This document shows, in pieces, positions 14,832-28,691 of a stretch of DNA of 64,000 nt. The position numbers were made by a program, and so were the translations under genes. Origin of the DNA: Octopus vulgaris (lineage: Eukaryota); assembly GCA_951406725.2 (NCBI GenBank), contig OX597825.1, positions 65,100,001 through 65,164,000 on the forward strand, read 5' to 3'. The first letter of the stretch is position 1. Every line of letters begins with the position of its first letter. The notes beneath the pieces were generated by a model. That model ran no database searches, was not told the DNA's origin, and was given only the letters and a program-made list of their open reading frames with translations.

Positions 14832-15577
14832 CATTATTATCATTATTATTATTAAGCTTGAAAACGGAGACATTTAAAGGATAAAAAATAATTTATTAGT
14901 ACCTACAATTGTATCATTTCGAATCCAATTTAAACTACAAAACATATATAAATATATGATATTCCACTTCAAAACACCTTCGTTGGAAAATCATCTGGAC
15001 GTGAATAAGGACAATAGAAGAATTACTAAGTATATATAAGCATGTTCATTATGTGTGCATGTACATGTGTGTGTGCACGCATGTGTTAGAATTATTACTT
15101 TAATTTGTATTACAATAATAATAATAATATTAATAATATTCATGAGTGATGTGTTACAGTATATAAGAGTAAAAATGCATAATGAATAAAATAAAAGTGA
15201 AATAAAATTTATGCTCGTGATTGTATACGTGTGTGCATATGTGTGTGCCTACGTATATGTATATATATATATATATATATATGCATATTTATATATGTAT
15301 GTGTATACGGGCAACATGTATGGAAGTCAATATTTTATACACCAATAGGTGTATATGTTCCTTTCTGAGATACTTATTAGGGTATACAAATTAAAGGATA
15401 AATGAGTAAAAATAAAGAATAAACATAAAACTACAGAATAAAAATAAAATAAATCGTAAAATATAAACGAAATAATTAAAATTGATTGCATGAAAGCGAC
15501 GTAAATTGAAATAAATTATGTTCATGTGAGTATACGTGTATGTATATATATATATATATATATGTATGTGAGTATGT

Positions 15578-15625
<48 letters not shown>

Positions 15626-18201
15626 GAGTATGTATACATATATATATGCATATATATACATATACATATATTTATGCACATATATTATGTATCCATGAGT
15701 ATTCAAAAGAACTGTATATATGCATATATATGTACGTATGTATGTATATATGTATGTGCGTGTATGTATGTGTGCATGTATGTGTGTATGTACGTACGTA
15801 TGTATCTAGATAAAGTTTCAAAATTTTAGCATCTAATCGTAGATATAAACACCCGCGGTGTATCTAAGGTTTTTTCTTCGGCAACGAAATGGTGGAATGC
15901 GTTACACGTGTTTTGTTTTGGCACGCAGTCGCAAAATTCTTGTTAATGGGTATTAAAAGTAAAGGAAATTTGAGTCGTACTACTTTTATTTCAAAACTAA
16001 TGAAATATTGCAAGACGGCATTAAAATAATCTTTCTTCGCGATATCAATCATTTGTGGCCCACTTATTTAATTGATAAATGCAGACGAGTCTCTCGTATA
16101 TTGTGTATCATATTCTGCTTCTCAAAGCTATATTAGCCATTACTCAGTGTACCTTTTAACTCTTTCACTTAGGTCTTATGAAATATACTGTCTTTTCTGC
16201 CTGTGGTTGTAGATCAAATACTATAGATACATTTACACGCTTACATATATATATATACATACACATGTTTATATACATACGTAAGCCATCACTGAAAATC
16301 TAAATGTTTGTGAATCTTTCCAGGTTTATTATTTAAGCACATATGCGCATGTCTAGACATGTGATTATATGGATTAGAGTAAAGACTTAAAACAAAACGT
16401 ACACATTTTCATATGCCCTGACCTCAAATACTGCACATAATACACATAAAATAACCTATTTGTATTGTTGAAATTCCAATGCAGGAGCCTCGGATTTAGG
16501 TTAAAACCTGGCTCTTTCTTTAATGGTAAGAATTATTGAAATTATACTAAATAATAACATGCATACACACATGTGTATTTACATACAGTAAGAAATGCGG
16601 TTAACATTAGCTCTGAAGTGATTTTTCTAGGGAAAACAAAAACTTCATCCTATATACTGATCAATGGTTTTATTTGAGATAGGCAAAATAAGCACTGCAC
16701 CAACTCAGTATGATGCTACTAGATGCTGAGAAGTTTTCAAACAATCCAACACGCACTTTATGTGTATGTGTGCGTGTGCGTTAGTGTCTGTATCTGTGTG
16801 AATTCAGGAAAGATTCGAAATCCAACAGACAACGAAAAAGTTAGCATATCTGGAACACACTCTTGTGCCCATGGACACTCCACGGACTTGCTCATAAATC
16901 TGTCACGTGAAGAGATACAACAGAGATTGAGAGCAATTATGGCTGAAAGGTGGAATATAGATGAACTATGAAAGAGAATGCTGTGAAGTGCGAAGAAGAG
17001 CCTAAGGTGAGGCCACCCTCGTCGTAAAGGAAAATAATATATATGGGGATATAAATAGAGAAAAAAAGAGACCGGATAAAAGGGAAACATTTATAGACGG
17101 GGATAATATGGTTGGTATAGTGGATGTTGCAGTATTTGGAGTCAATGCATGTGCGGATTTGTAGGTTTTGTTTTATGTATGTCAAAGGGACTAGTCTTAT
17201 CAGATTCTAAGTCATTCTGAGCCCCTTTTAAGACAATGTTAAAGGTACGTGTGAACGTAGAGTACACAGCCAATTGCACGTTAATTGCCTAAGAGGACCG
17301 TTCGTTTGATCCAATCAACTGGAACACTCATTGTTGTAACCGACGGAGAACCAATTGTAGTTTCTCACATTTTCGAATATTGAACTAAATTTCTATAGAT
17401 GCAGTTCTCATTTGGTTAAGACACTGGGGAGTGATTTGTAAAACATCTGGTTGATATTTTATGCAGGCCTTGCCACGTACTGGAGAAACACTGTAAGTGC
17501 ATCATTCGCAAGACGCAGAGAGAACAATATATAGATGCTTAAGGTGTGGGCAGCTAAGAAGGCCTAGAAACAGAGCTGACATTATAAGTAGGGCAATGCG
17601 GTCAGGAGAGGACGCTTATAAGTGCATAACTTCTGCAAGAAAACTCTGCTGTAGTAAGAATTCAGAAATAGAGCTGCAAGCACGAATGTCTAGCTGTTCT
17701 AACATCTGCTTTATGTTAATTTCATTCTTTTATACTCACATATATATTTGATTAAATTATTGCACATATTTAATAGGGAGAGGAAATGCTCAGAATTATT
17801 CTTCACACATACTTCTACAACTGTAATTTCTCTGTCTCTCAGTATATTTTTCGGTCTCTGTCTTTCTTCCTCTGTTCCATTTCTTTGTTTCCACGTTTCT
17901 ATATTTTTCCTTGCGAATTTCTCCCACATATAGACACTTCCGCCCCCCTGGTTATACACAAAATATGTATACATATATGTATATGTATACATATATATAT
18001 TCGTATGTATGTATGCATATATATATATATGTTTATATATATATAATATATACAAACATAAAGTATGTTAATACGTACATGTATATATATGTAGTGCTTG
18101 TATATTTATATATATATATATATGTGTGCATATATATGCATGAATATAAATATATACATATAGATATATATATATACATGTATATATATTGATAGATAGA
18201 G

Positions 18202-18271
<70 letters not shown>

Positions 18272-18533
18272 AACACAGAGGCAGAATCGCACATACATAG
18301 TGATACACATGCCTTGCATGTAAATACACTTTTCGATACATTCACCGCCATCGTGTTATTTTTGCGTTGTGAGGAAAAAATGAGATATTTATACGCAACG
18401 GTAACGAAGGTATACAGGAATAACCCCTTTCCAGTGATGCGTAACATGATGTTTAAAATCTCAACCTCGATGTAAACATTCAGTGTTCTATAACAGCACC
18501 GATGTAGAACTAATTGTAATATTTGCTCTGGTA

Positions 18534-18880
<347 letters not shown>

Positions 18881-18903
18881 TAATAATAATAATAATAATA
18901 ATA

Positions 18904-19000
<97 letters not shown>

Positions 19001-19176
19001 TTCTACATGGAACAAATAGGATCTGAAATAAAGGTGGAGCACTTAGAGAAAGCAGCACTGTTTGGAATCGCTCGAATACTCCGGAAGGTGCTCGAAAAAT
19101 AAGCGCCATTGAACACTGGTATGGAACAGCTGACACCGTAGTACATCTCCAGAGTACTATTAGTACAAAAGCACAA
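19001..19176 (+). mobile_element. 3' end of an R4/Dong-like (RLE-type) non-LTR retrotransposon
   Basis: 19001-19102 translates FYMEQIGSEIKVEHLEKAALFGIARILRKVLEK*, resembling the QKxxLLGTARILRKVL C-terminus of R4/Dong ORFs. A short 3' UTR follows, then (TAA)n, the Dong-type target. Confidence 0.7.
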
Positions 19177-19187
19177 ATAATAATAAC

Positions 19188-19228
<41 letters not shown>

Positions 19229-19999
19229 TGAGAAGAAGAAGGTGTAGAAGAAAAAAAAATTTTGTCATTCCCTACAACTGTTTCAAACGAGTATTTTTTA
19301 TGAATAGTGTTTTTACATCATGTGAAAGAAACCGTTTTCAGCGGGTGAGCATTCACAAATTAAACACTTTCAAAAAAACCTTCCAAGAATCAGCATTATA
19401 TGCCATTTGATTTTTTTCATCACTTGATGAAAAAAGGGCCTTTTCTTTTCGCATGTGATAATACTATTAAACAATAAAAAAAAAATCTCAGTTGAAACAG
19501 CTGTAGTGGATTAACCAAATTTCATCTGCTGTTACTTATACGTGTGGTGTGGCTGTCTCTATGTGTAAGTATTTGTAAACAGATACGTAGTTTTACGTAC
19601 ATCTGTATGTAGGCATGGATGGATGGAAGAACATACGTATGTATGTATGTATCTAATTATAAACTATTATATATTATAAATCTTATATATAGATTTCTCG
19701 TTACGATTTCATGAAAAATATAATTTACTGAGTAATGGCTATTGGATAGATCTTGCAAGTGTTCTCACACCAGTAAATTTCTACGTAAACCTCAGTCCTA
19801 GCTGTTATTTCCAACATTTTAGTAATTAAAAGATGCAATATTGTTTTTATTTTTTTTGTTGTTTTGCTGAATTTATACTTTCTTTTCTTTGCATGGAATA
19901 TGTTTCTCTATTATAACAATGCACTTCAAACATACGTGCACACACACACACACACAACGATATATATATATATAACAGCATATGCATGCGTACGTGCAT

Positions 20000-20054
<55 letters not shown>

Positions 20055-20114
20055 TAGATATACACAGATACATACAAATATATATATATATGTATATGAA
20101 TATATGTATATATG

Positions 20115-20145
<31 letters not shown>

Positions 20146-20152
20146 GTATATA

Positions 20153-20524
20153 CTAGCAGTATCGCCCGGCGTTGCTCGGGTTTGTAAGGAAAATAACTAT
20201 AAAGCAGTTTTAGAGAGTTATAGCCAAAAAATAGAAAAAAAATGATGGTAAATTTGTTTTTTAGTTAAAAAGGTCGAGTTGCGTCCCCTAGACAGTCTGT
20301 GGTTTGTGTTTCTGATTCTCGACCCCATGTCGAATTTATCGATTTTTTTCAGAACTGGGGGAACTTTTCAAAATTTTCGCTGCGTTAGTTTTGAATTATG
20401 ACATTGGGCTATGTGTGTGTCAAGTTTCATCAGAATCGGTTGAAAGCCGTGGTCAGGGTGAGGGTACAACCTAACAGACACACAGAAACACACACAGACA
20501 AACTGCCGTTTATATATAGAGAGA
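20153..20524 (-). mobile_element. Non-autonomous Helitron
   Basis: Minus strand starts A|TCTCTCTATATATAAA and ends with hairpin CCCGAGCAACGCCGGG then GCTAG|T: 5'-TC, 3'-CTAG, A^T site, no TSD. Second copy at 26578. Confidence 0.8.
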
Positions 20525-20559
20525 TATGTAAATATGTGAGCGTATGTGTACGTATAATG

Positions 20560-20648
<89 letters not shown>

Positions 20649-20827
20649 GTACACATACATGTGTGCATACATATGTGCACTTAAAGATATATAGAATTCT
20701 TCATATATTATTCATAACGATCATTCACATAGAGTGTGAAATTTTACTAAAACCCTTTTTTAAAGCGCCATAACTCTATTCAGCTATGTAATTAGGTTTT
20801 TTTGTTCAAAAGTACGCTACATCTAAT

Positions 20828-21035
20828 ATCGATTTCAAATTGCGGCCAGCAATTTTGATGAAGCGGAAAATGTATTACATCGATCCCAGTGCTCAACAGG
20901 TACTTATTTTATCGACCCCGAAAGTATGAAAACCAAAGTCGACTTAGTCAGAATTTGAACTCAGATCGTAAAGGTGAACGAAATACCGCTAACCATTTTG
21001 CTCAACGTGCTAACGAGTCTACCATCTTGCCGCTC
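20828..21035 (-). mobile_element. SINE family B, degenerate
   Basis: GGTACTTATTTTATCGACCCCGAAAG...AAAGTCGAC...AATTTGAACTCAG. Confidence 0.7.
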
Positions 21036-21165
21036 CAAAATTATAACTAATGGCAAGTTATCAGATGCCATTCGTTGAGTTTTCTTTTTTTTTCTTTTTT
21101 GTGTGGGTAAGGGTTACCAAAAATTCTGCCTTCTGTATTTGAGTAGATCGCCAAAGTTATTTTAG

Positions 21166-23432
21166 GTGTGAACTCTATGGAAAAAATTAAGTTGGGGGTT
21201 GAAACTAAAAATACTAGCGATATAACTAATTGTAATGACACTGGCATAACTAAAATTTGATGGCAATATACAAATGAGAAGGTCCTTGAAATATTTGTAA
21301 TTTTGTAATACCTCATAATTTAGGAGACGAAAGCGAAACCATTTTGATATTAAATGAAATTCCAGCTAAGTCACAGAGCGTGAAGTCATTAATTTTGAGC
21401 TAGATTAGCAGAGGGAATCTTCTAGCTTAAACAAAGCAATTAGAGCGTGTTATAGCTACAAAAATTAATGATATTCGTAGTTTAATCTGTTTTGCTGCAG
21501 TAAGTGGTGGTGAAAGGTTGAGTTTAGACATGCAGAGAAAATACGGTAAAAAGAGGTCTAGTGTTAAAAGCGGATGCAATGTGAAGTAAAGATAGGAGAG
21601 ACTTCGACTAGTTTGAAAGCTAGAACAAAGGTAACTTACGAGATGAACATAATCTTTTAATTTGAAATAAAGTATAACGTGAATGATTTATTTTAGTGAT
21701 AGAACTCATCAAGGAAAGTGTGGAAAATCAACCAAATAAAATGTATTGAAGTCTGTCGTCCAAGAACACGAAACGCACAAAACGGAACAATTACATAACC
21801 AGAGGCGCCGAGCCGATGCTTTAAAAATTCTTACAAAACATTATTCTCGACTGGCACTTTATTTGATCGACCTCCAAAGGATGATGGGCAAAGTTGGCTT
21901 TGAGGCGATTTGAACTTGGAGTGCAGTGAATCGGAATAGATATCACACAGTTTTAACATGAATCGAAATGATTCTGTGTAATCTTTCGTGAAACATTAAA
22001 AATTAGTATTACAGAAATATGATTTCAAACCTAGAAATTTCTGTTTACAAATGAGACAAATGGCTGATAGAAATTTTGACGCGACAAAATCTATATGGTT
22101 GAATAGATTACGCGTATTCACAACAGACTCTTCATTGTGTCCTTGGATAAAAAATCTCTTGATATTGTTTATATTTGTGAACAATTATCACAATTCTACA
22201 ACCATAGGAAGAAGAAGAATTCAATTGTAGACTGGCATCTGATTGTATATATATTTCAAGTAAATAGAAGACAAGTAGCGATTTTGTTAGTTGATATTGT
22301 TTAAAATATGTGTCAAACCTTATTCCAAACACTTCCAGCTGTTAACTCACCATATTTTGCTTTTTAGATAAAGTGTAACAAAGTCTGCATTATTGAACAC
22401 ATCATTCGCATTTATTAAAGTGGTTAGATATGATATGTAAGGGATTTTACTGTTATATCTGAAAGAGAATTCACCATTGTCTTTTACTATTCTGTGTTTC
22501 TTCTCAGTGGGAGGAATTTGGTATAAACTAAGTAATAACTAGTATTGAAATTATACGCAAAAAATAACAATATTTTACAAATGATCAAACTGAAATGTTA
22601 TAGTCGTAAAATACTTCCGACTGTGCAAACCCTATAATCAAATTTCTTCTCACCACAATGTCACTGACGGTAAGTGGCGTTTGTAGCCACTTAAGGATAC
22701 AAAAAAACTTATTTAATAAACTTGTCTTTATTTCGTCGTAATAGACGTTATTATGCATCAACATTAGGTTGCATTTCTGTGACCTTCCGATTGATACATT
22801 TTCAAAGCATTTTTTAAAATATCAGATATTATAAACCTTAAATGCTTTTCCTTTCTTCTGTTTTCTACTCTTTGTTTATTTATTAATGTATCTCTATTTT
22901 TCCTTTTCCTTTTCTTTTGACCTCTTTATGTTCTGTGATGCAATTAACTCTATCCATGTCACTTTTACACATATTCATGTTGTGTTAGTAAGGTTTAGTT
23001 ATTCTAAAGATACGTACAACACCGAAACTCTCAAATTTGTCCTTTTTTTAAAAAACAATGGCATGCAATACAAGAGAAATATACCTATTATATCTATCAA
23101 ATCGAGTGTTTGCATACAAGCCTTTTCCATTGCCTTACGACCCATGGTTATTTTTCTGATGACATGGACACTAATTCAAAGGGAACCTATTTCTTTAGGT
23201 CACTCTATCCACCCATGTTTGAAGGATTTTAAGGATACACTTCAATGGCTGACCTCTGTATAGAACCTATTATCCTCGATAAACAATAAATAGTGTGAGC
23301 TCTGTGTTATTGAGTCAGTGTGTAATCGTTATTTGGCTGTTGGTTTTTGCCAAAATTAATGACTGTAACTTATCAGAGTACGTTGTCAATGGTTACACTA
23401 ATACAATGGAAGGGTGGAGGTATATGAAATAG
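21166..23432 (+). pseudogene. Possible decayed multi-exon gene with C-type-lectin-like and PAN/apple-like segments
   Basis: Exon-like blocks with AG acceptors: 21166-21296, ~22015-22310, 22508-22669 (162 nt, TTCTCAG|...GACG|GTAAGT) and 23199-23432 (ends INDCNLSEYVVNGYTNTMEGWRYMK*). Several stops and frameshifts; domain call is by eye only. Confidence 0.22.
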
Positions 23433-23859
23433 GAATAAGAAAACATAATGTCAGTTGGGTCACATACATCAGACATTTCTACAAAGCAACAGATATGAAG
23501 CTGTGCAGAATGAAAGAAAATCAATTAACTTTAAAAGTAAAAAAGTAAAAATGAAAAATAAAGCAAAATTCGATAAGAGACTTTCCCAACAACAATATTC
23601 AATTCTGTCTATTTTGAAAGAAGATACATTGTCTTTTATGTAAAACACAAACGCGTGCGCACACACACATATCTACAAACATATATTTATACCTGCATGT
23701 ATATATATAGATATATATATATATATGTATGTATGTTTGTAAGTATGTATGTATACAAAGAAGAGAGAGAAACAAAGAGTTGTATATGTATAGAATTATA
23801 TTGCTTAGAGAGATTAGACGGATTAGATACATACATATATACATACATACATAGATTGG

Positions 23860-23950
<91 letters not shown>
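23860..23950. repeat. (GATA)n microsatellite
   Basis: Directly visible. Confidence 0.95.
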
Positions 23951-25910
23951 TGGGTTAGATAGGAATGTAGGTAGGTTGGTAAGTATGTAGTGAATTAGCT
24001 AGGTAGATTGACAGATATAGATATCGATGTGTATTATCTAGGTTGAGAGCGATTTGTATGAAAGATCCGGAAGAAAGAAAGCTTGTCAAACATATCTAGT
24101 TTTACTTAACGACCTGAATTATATATTTTCAACTTGAACAAAGTGGATGTGGAATTGCAATGTAGTGTAAGGTCATTTTATATAAGGTCATATAATTCAC
24201 GTTAAATGCTGGGAATGATGTGACTTGCAAATATAAAAGAGCTTCACAAAAATTAACAACCCGTGAATTCTACACCTTGAGCTGTATTTACATCATTTAG
24301 ATATCTTTCCATATAAACATATACTTAAGGGGACGGAGTTGTTCCTTTCATTTTTTTTTCTTTCTGATCGAACAGACCTCTAACCAAAGATGTTCTAATT
24401 GTATCTTCTTATCTTTCTACTAGTGTTCTAGGAATACATCTTCCATTCTGTCTTTCCCTCTTTCTGAAAGGTAAACGAGATTTAACGAAAGTCTGGCTGC
24501 TTGTCCTACCATTTTCGATCGATCTTCTAGAGGTGCCTCTCTCAGCTAAGTTGCAACGTATTGTTGCTCAAAGCTAACTCAAGCTAACTAATGACGACAA
24601 CGGATAAACCTGTTTATGAGGAATGTTTAACGTTGTGAAGTCCTTTCTCAATACAACAACCAAACGTTGCTCTTACTAATTCCAGCAATCTTTGAAATTA
24701 ACACCACCTATTTACTGATCAGCTATTTGAGGGCAATAGTTGACTCCGATGAAAAACAAAATAGGTTGGTGGCATGACCAGGTGAGCTGAGAACCCTTTT
24801 ATAACCATGTTATATAACAAGTTCAATTTTGTACAAGGTTAACAGCGACGCGTAACAAAATGTACATGCAGACTCCCAGAAGGGTGTGGGCATGCGCAGA
24901 GGCTTTCTGTTTTTTTTATAACATTTCATTTTGAATTAACATTTAACCTGTCTAACATGTCATCCTGTCAGAAATGAAAATCTTTCTCAACGTTTTATAT
25001 TTTTTCTTTTTTTTTTAAGTAGGGAAAATTTCATAAAAAATAAAATAAGTATAAAGAGACTCCTAAATAGAAAAAAAATCCATTGATATATAATATTTCA
25101 TCTTTGCTTTCTCTTTGAAAAGTCTACTCCTCACTCGCCACTACAGAATCGATCAATTGTAATGAATCGCTGCTGACAGCACTTACCGTTTACCAATAGC
25201 GTCTATTGCATTCGAATCTTTACAACTATCGATTTAAACTCTAATTCTAACAACATCCGAATTGTTTGTTTTTTTTTACATTTTCTTTTTGTTTTTTCTT
25301 TCTCATTTCTCATGAAGTTATTTAAATATTTTGTTAGAGTGTGTGATGAATTCCCTCGGAGCAATTCGTGGCATATACACATAGACGTACCTCCTACACA
25401 TCTATCTCTTCACCCGAATGTACTATGTGTACGTAAACGTAAATACTTAAATTATATAAATACAAAGTTATATACATATATATATATATATATATATACA
25501 GATAGATATATAGATAGATGCAGGCAAAAAATTGTTCTGAACCAATCAATCAATATACAAGCATATATACATATATATGTGTGTGTACAAATATTCATAG
25601 ATATAAGTTGTTTATAACGAATATGACAAAAGTGTTCAATATATGTTGCAAAGTATAATTAAATTTATTCGGATGATGCCGTTCGCCATTATTTCAAGTT
25701 TCAGGAATATATTCGATTCTTGTGACGGCCATTTCGATTTTTAGTTAAAACGTGTTCTTGCCCATAACAGTATACGTACCTCAATGCTTTACTGCTTGTT
25801 CAGTCACATGGGCTTGTAATTTGCTTCAACAAAACGATTAAAGCGTGTTATAAGTACAAACATTAACGTTATTCCTAATTTAATTAGCTTTGCTGCAGCT
25901 AGTGAAGGCG

Positions 25911-26360
25911 AAATATTGAATTTAGACATGCAGAGAAAATAAGCTACATAGAACTAGATGCTTTGTGCTAAAGTTGGATTCAATAAGGAGTAAAGATATG
26001 CCTAGGAAAGACTTCAGTTGTCTTGAAGTAAGGATTGGTAGTTTGTAACTAAAGCACTAGTGTCTTAAGGAGATCTTGAGCTAACTTTGCTCATCATTCT
26101 TTGGAGGTCGAATAAATAAAGTACCAGTCGAGAAAATATTGAATTTAGACATGCAGAGAAAATAAGCTACATAGAATTAGATGCTTGGTGCTAAAGTTGG
26201 ATTCAATAAGGATTAAAGATATGCCTAGGAAAGACTTCAGTTGTCTTGAAGTAAGGATTGGTAGTTTGTAACTAAAGCACTAGTGTCTTAAGGAGATCTT
26301 GAGCTAACTTTGCACATTATTCTTTGGAGTTCGAATAAATAAAGTACCAGTCGAGAAAAT
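25911..26360. repeat. Recent tandem duplication, 2 x 223 bp
   Basis: AAATATTGAATTTAGACATGCAG... starts at 25911 and 26134; copies differ by a few substitutions. Confidence 0.95.
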
Positions 26361-26577
26361 GTATTGTAAGACTGTTTAAAGCATCAGTTTGGCGCCTTTA
26401 GTAATGTAATTGTTCCCTTTAGTGCGTTTCATGTTCTTGGGCGGCAGACTTAAACACAACATTTTATTTGGTTGATTTTCACACTTCCTTGATGAGTCCT
26501 ATAACTAAAATAAATCATACATTTGTTGTACTTTATTTCAATTGTAAAAGCTTTGATTTTTAATTTATATAAGGTGA

Positions 26578-26966
26578 CTAGCAGTATCGCCCGGCGTTGC
26601 TCAGGTTTGTAAGGGAAATAACTATAAAGCATTTTTAGAGAGTTATAGCCAAAAAAATAGCAAAAATATGGAAAAAAATGATGGTAATTTTTTTTTTTTT
26701 GATAGTTAAAAAATGTGGAGTTGCGTCCCCTACACAGTTTGTGGTTTGTGTTCCTGATTCTCGACCCCATGTCGAATTTATCGATTTTTTTCAGAACTGG
26801 GGGAACTTTTAAAAATTTTCGCTGCGTTAGTTTTGAATTATGACATTGGGCTATGTGTGTGTCAAGTTTCATCAGAATCGGTTGAAAGCCGTGGTCAGGG
26901 TGAGGGTACAAGCAAACAGACACACAGAAACACGCACAGACAAACTGCCGTTTATATAGAGAGAGA
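26578..26966 (-). mobile_element. Non-autonomous Helitron, same family as 20153-20524
   Basis: Plus strand CTAGCAGTATCGCCCGGCGTTGCTCAGG...AAACTGCCGTTTATATAGAGAGAGA, highly similar to the first copy. Confidence 0.8.
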
Positions 26967-28633
26967 TTCTGTTATGAGAGACGTGGATTTATTAGTTAGA
27001 AAATTTTTTTTTGTTTAAATTACATATGATCTTACGTTTCGAACTGTTTACTGCTTATTGCTTGTATCATGGTTTACATTATATAAAAACTTGTTGGTAC
27101 GTTGAATATGTTTGAAGCCTTAATTTCTTTGTATCGAAGCATGACGGGATATTTCCTTCTCTTCCGTTCAAAATTCAAATAAATTTCAGCACTGCTAAGT
27201 TGTAGTGGTGGTAGTGGTAATTGAGATAGTATGAGATGTAGTAGCGTTACCAAGAGTTGTGGGTGACGCGTTATCTGCCGTCGCGTAACTCTTGGTCCCA
27301 ACAGACAACATCGAAAAGGCGTTGACCCGGAGGATGGCGATAGAGATTGCTTTTGTGCAGTGTCATCTCCGCCCCGATGGCTGTGATTAGAGATATGGTC
27401 AGGGGGTCCGAGAACCCTGGGGGTCTCCACTGCTGGAGGCTCGACCCATAAGCCTGTCAGAGAGTGACCGGTACCTTAATAGTTTGCTTTTCTAAGCCTG
27501 ACGAACAGCGATACCTGGGCTGGTAGCTGAACATAGCAAGTTCCTGCTGGAGAAGGTATCACAGCATGTGGAACCCCAGGTGAGATGTCCTACCGCCACG
27601 GAACGAGAAAAGTTTTATACCGCCAGGTTTTTTACCGTTCCCTCGGAACAGCCCCGCGGGCTGGACCTCGGAAGGGAAGCCTGTGGTATCTGTCTAGGCA
27701 ATGCTTTTTCGTTGAGGGCAACATGGCGTGGAAGGTGGTCAGAAGGAAGGTGGTCAGTACTGTAATGGTATGACAATCGGTGGAGGTCGAAAGAATCTAC
27801 AGTGGATCAACAGCGACATTTGTGAGGTTTACAGATCTAGAGATCTAATCAGATAGATTAAAAATCGTGTCTTTTAAAGTCGCGCATATTTAAACAATGC
27901 CACCACGGTCATTATATCGTTTTGAAATTTTCAGCAATACAACACTTTATGGTAGTGTTTACTTTACTTATCGTTTAAAAACCAAGTGCATTCACGTAGT
28001 AATGTTAGCAATAACAGCAGTAGTAGTTACTGGTGTTGCGATATATGTTACAAATAAATTTATATGTAGGATATGTGTAACGTATCTATGACACTGTTTA
28101 TCGTCTATAATTTCATTAGTGTGAAACTCTAATGTCCATATATGTTAAACTGTTTAACAAATAACATAAACACTAAAATAATAAAAAAGAAACAAATAAA
28201 AACAAATCATGTCACAACATATTCATTTCATAAAGTATTCTTGTAAACAGAACTGCCTTTTAATCCGTTCAGATACTGAAAACGCATAGTGATTCGTTAA
28301 AATGTGATATATTTTAGTCTGAAATTACTCTCTATAGAGCTAGATATTTAGTTGACATGTATGAGGAAGAAACATTCGGGATAATTAAACAAACCATTAT
28401 CGTAGAAATAAGATAGATGGCACGTCTGACTGGGAATATCGTCATATTTCATTAGAAGAAAATAATTATCTGATTTTTTTTTCCTTTTTTATACTAAGCT
28501 TGCTGGAAAATAAATAGATGTAGGTCAACAGAATTAATGCTGTTCGATATTGATATATGAATCTAGAATATGCAAATATAAATAGCATATTTATATGCTA
28601 TTGTTGTGAGATTACAATGTTAATTACAACAAC

Positions 28634-28636
<3 letters not shown>

Positions 28637-28691
<55 letters not shown>

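Noticed and set aside
27285-27310. TAACTCTTGGTCCCAA resembling twister ribozyme motifs
   Set aside because: Spacing and pseudoknot partners are missing; the bases are one arm of a simple hairpin.
27498-27545. CTGACGA followed by a CAGC/GCTG stem as a hammerhead
   Set aside because: No GAAA after the stem and no stem I/III with an NUH site.
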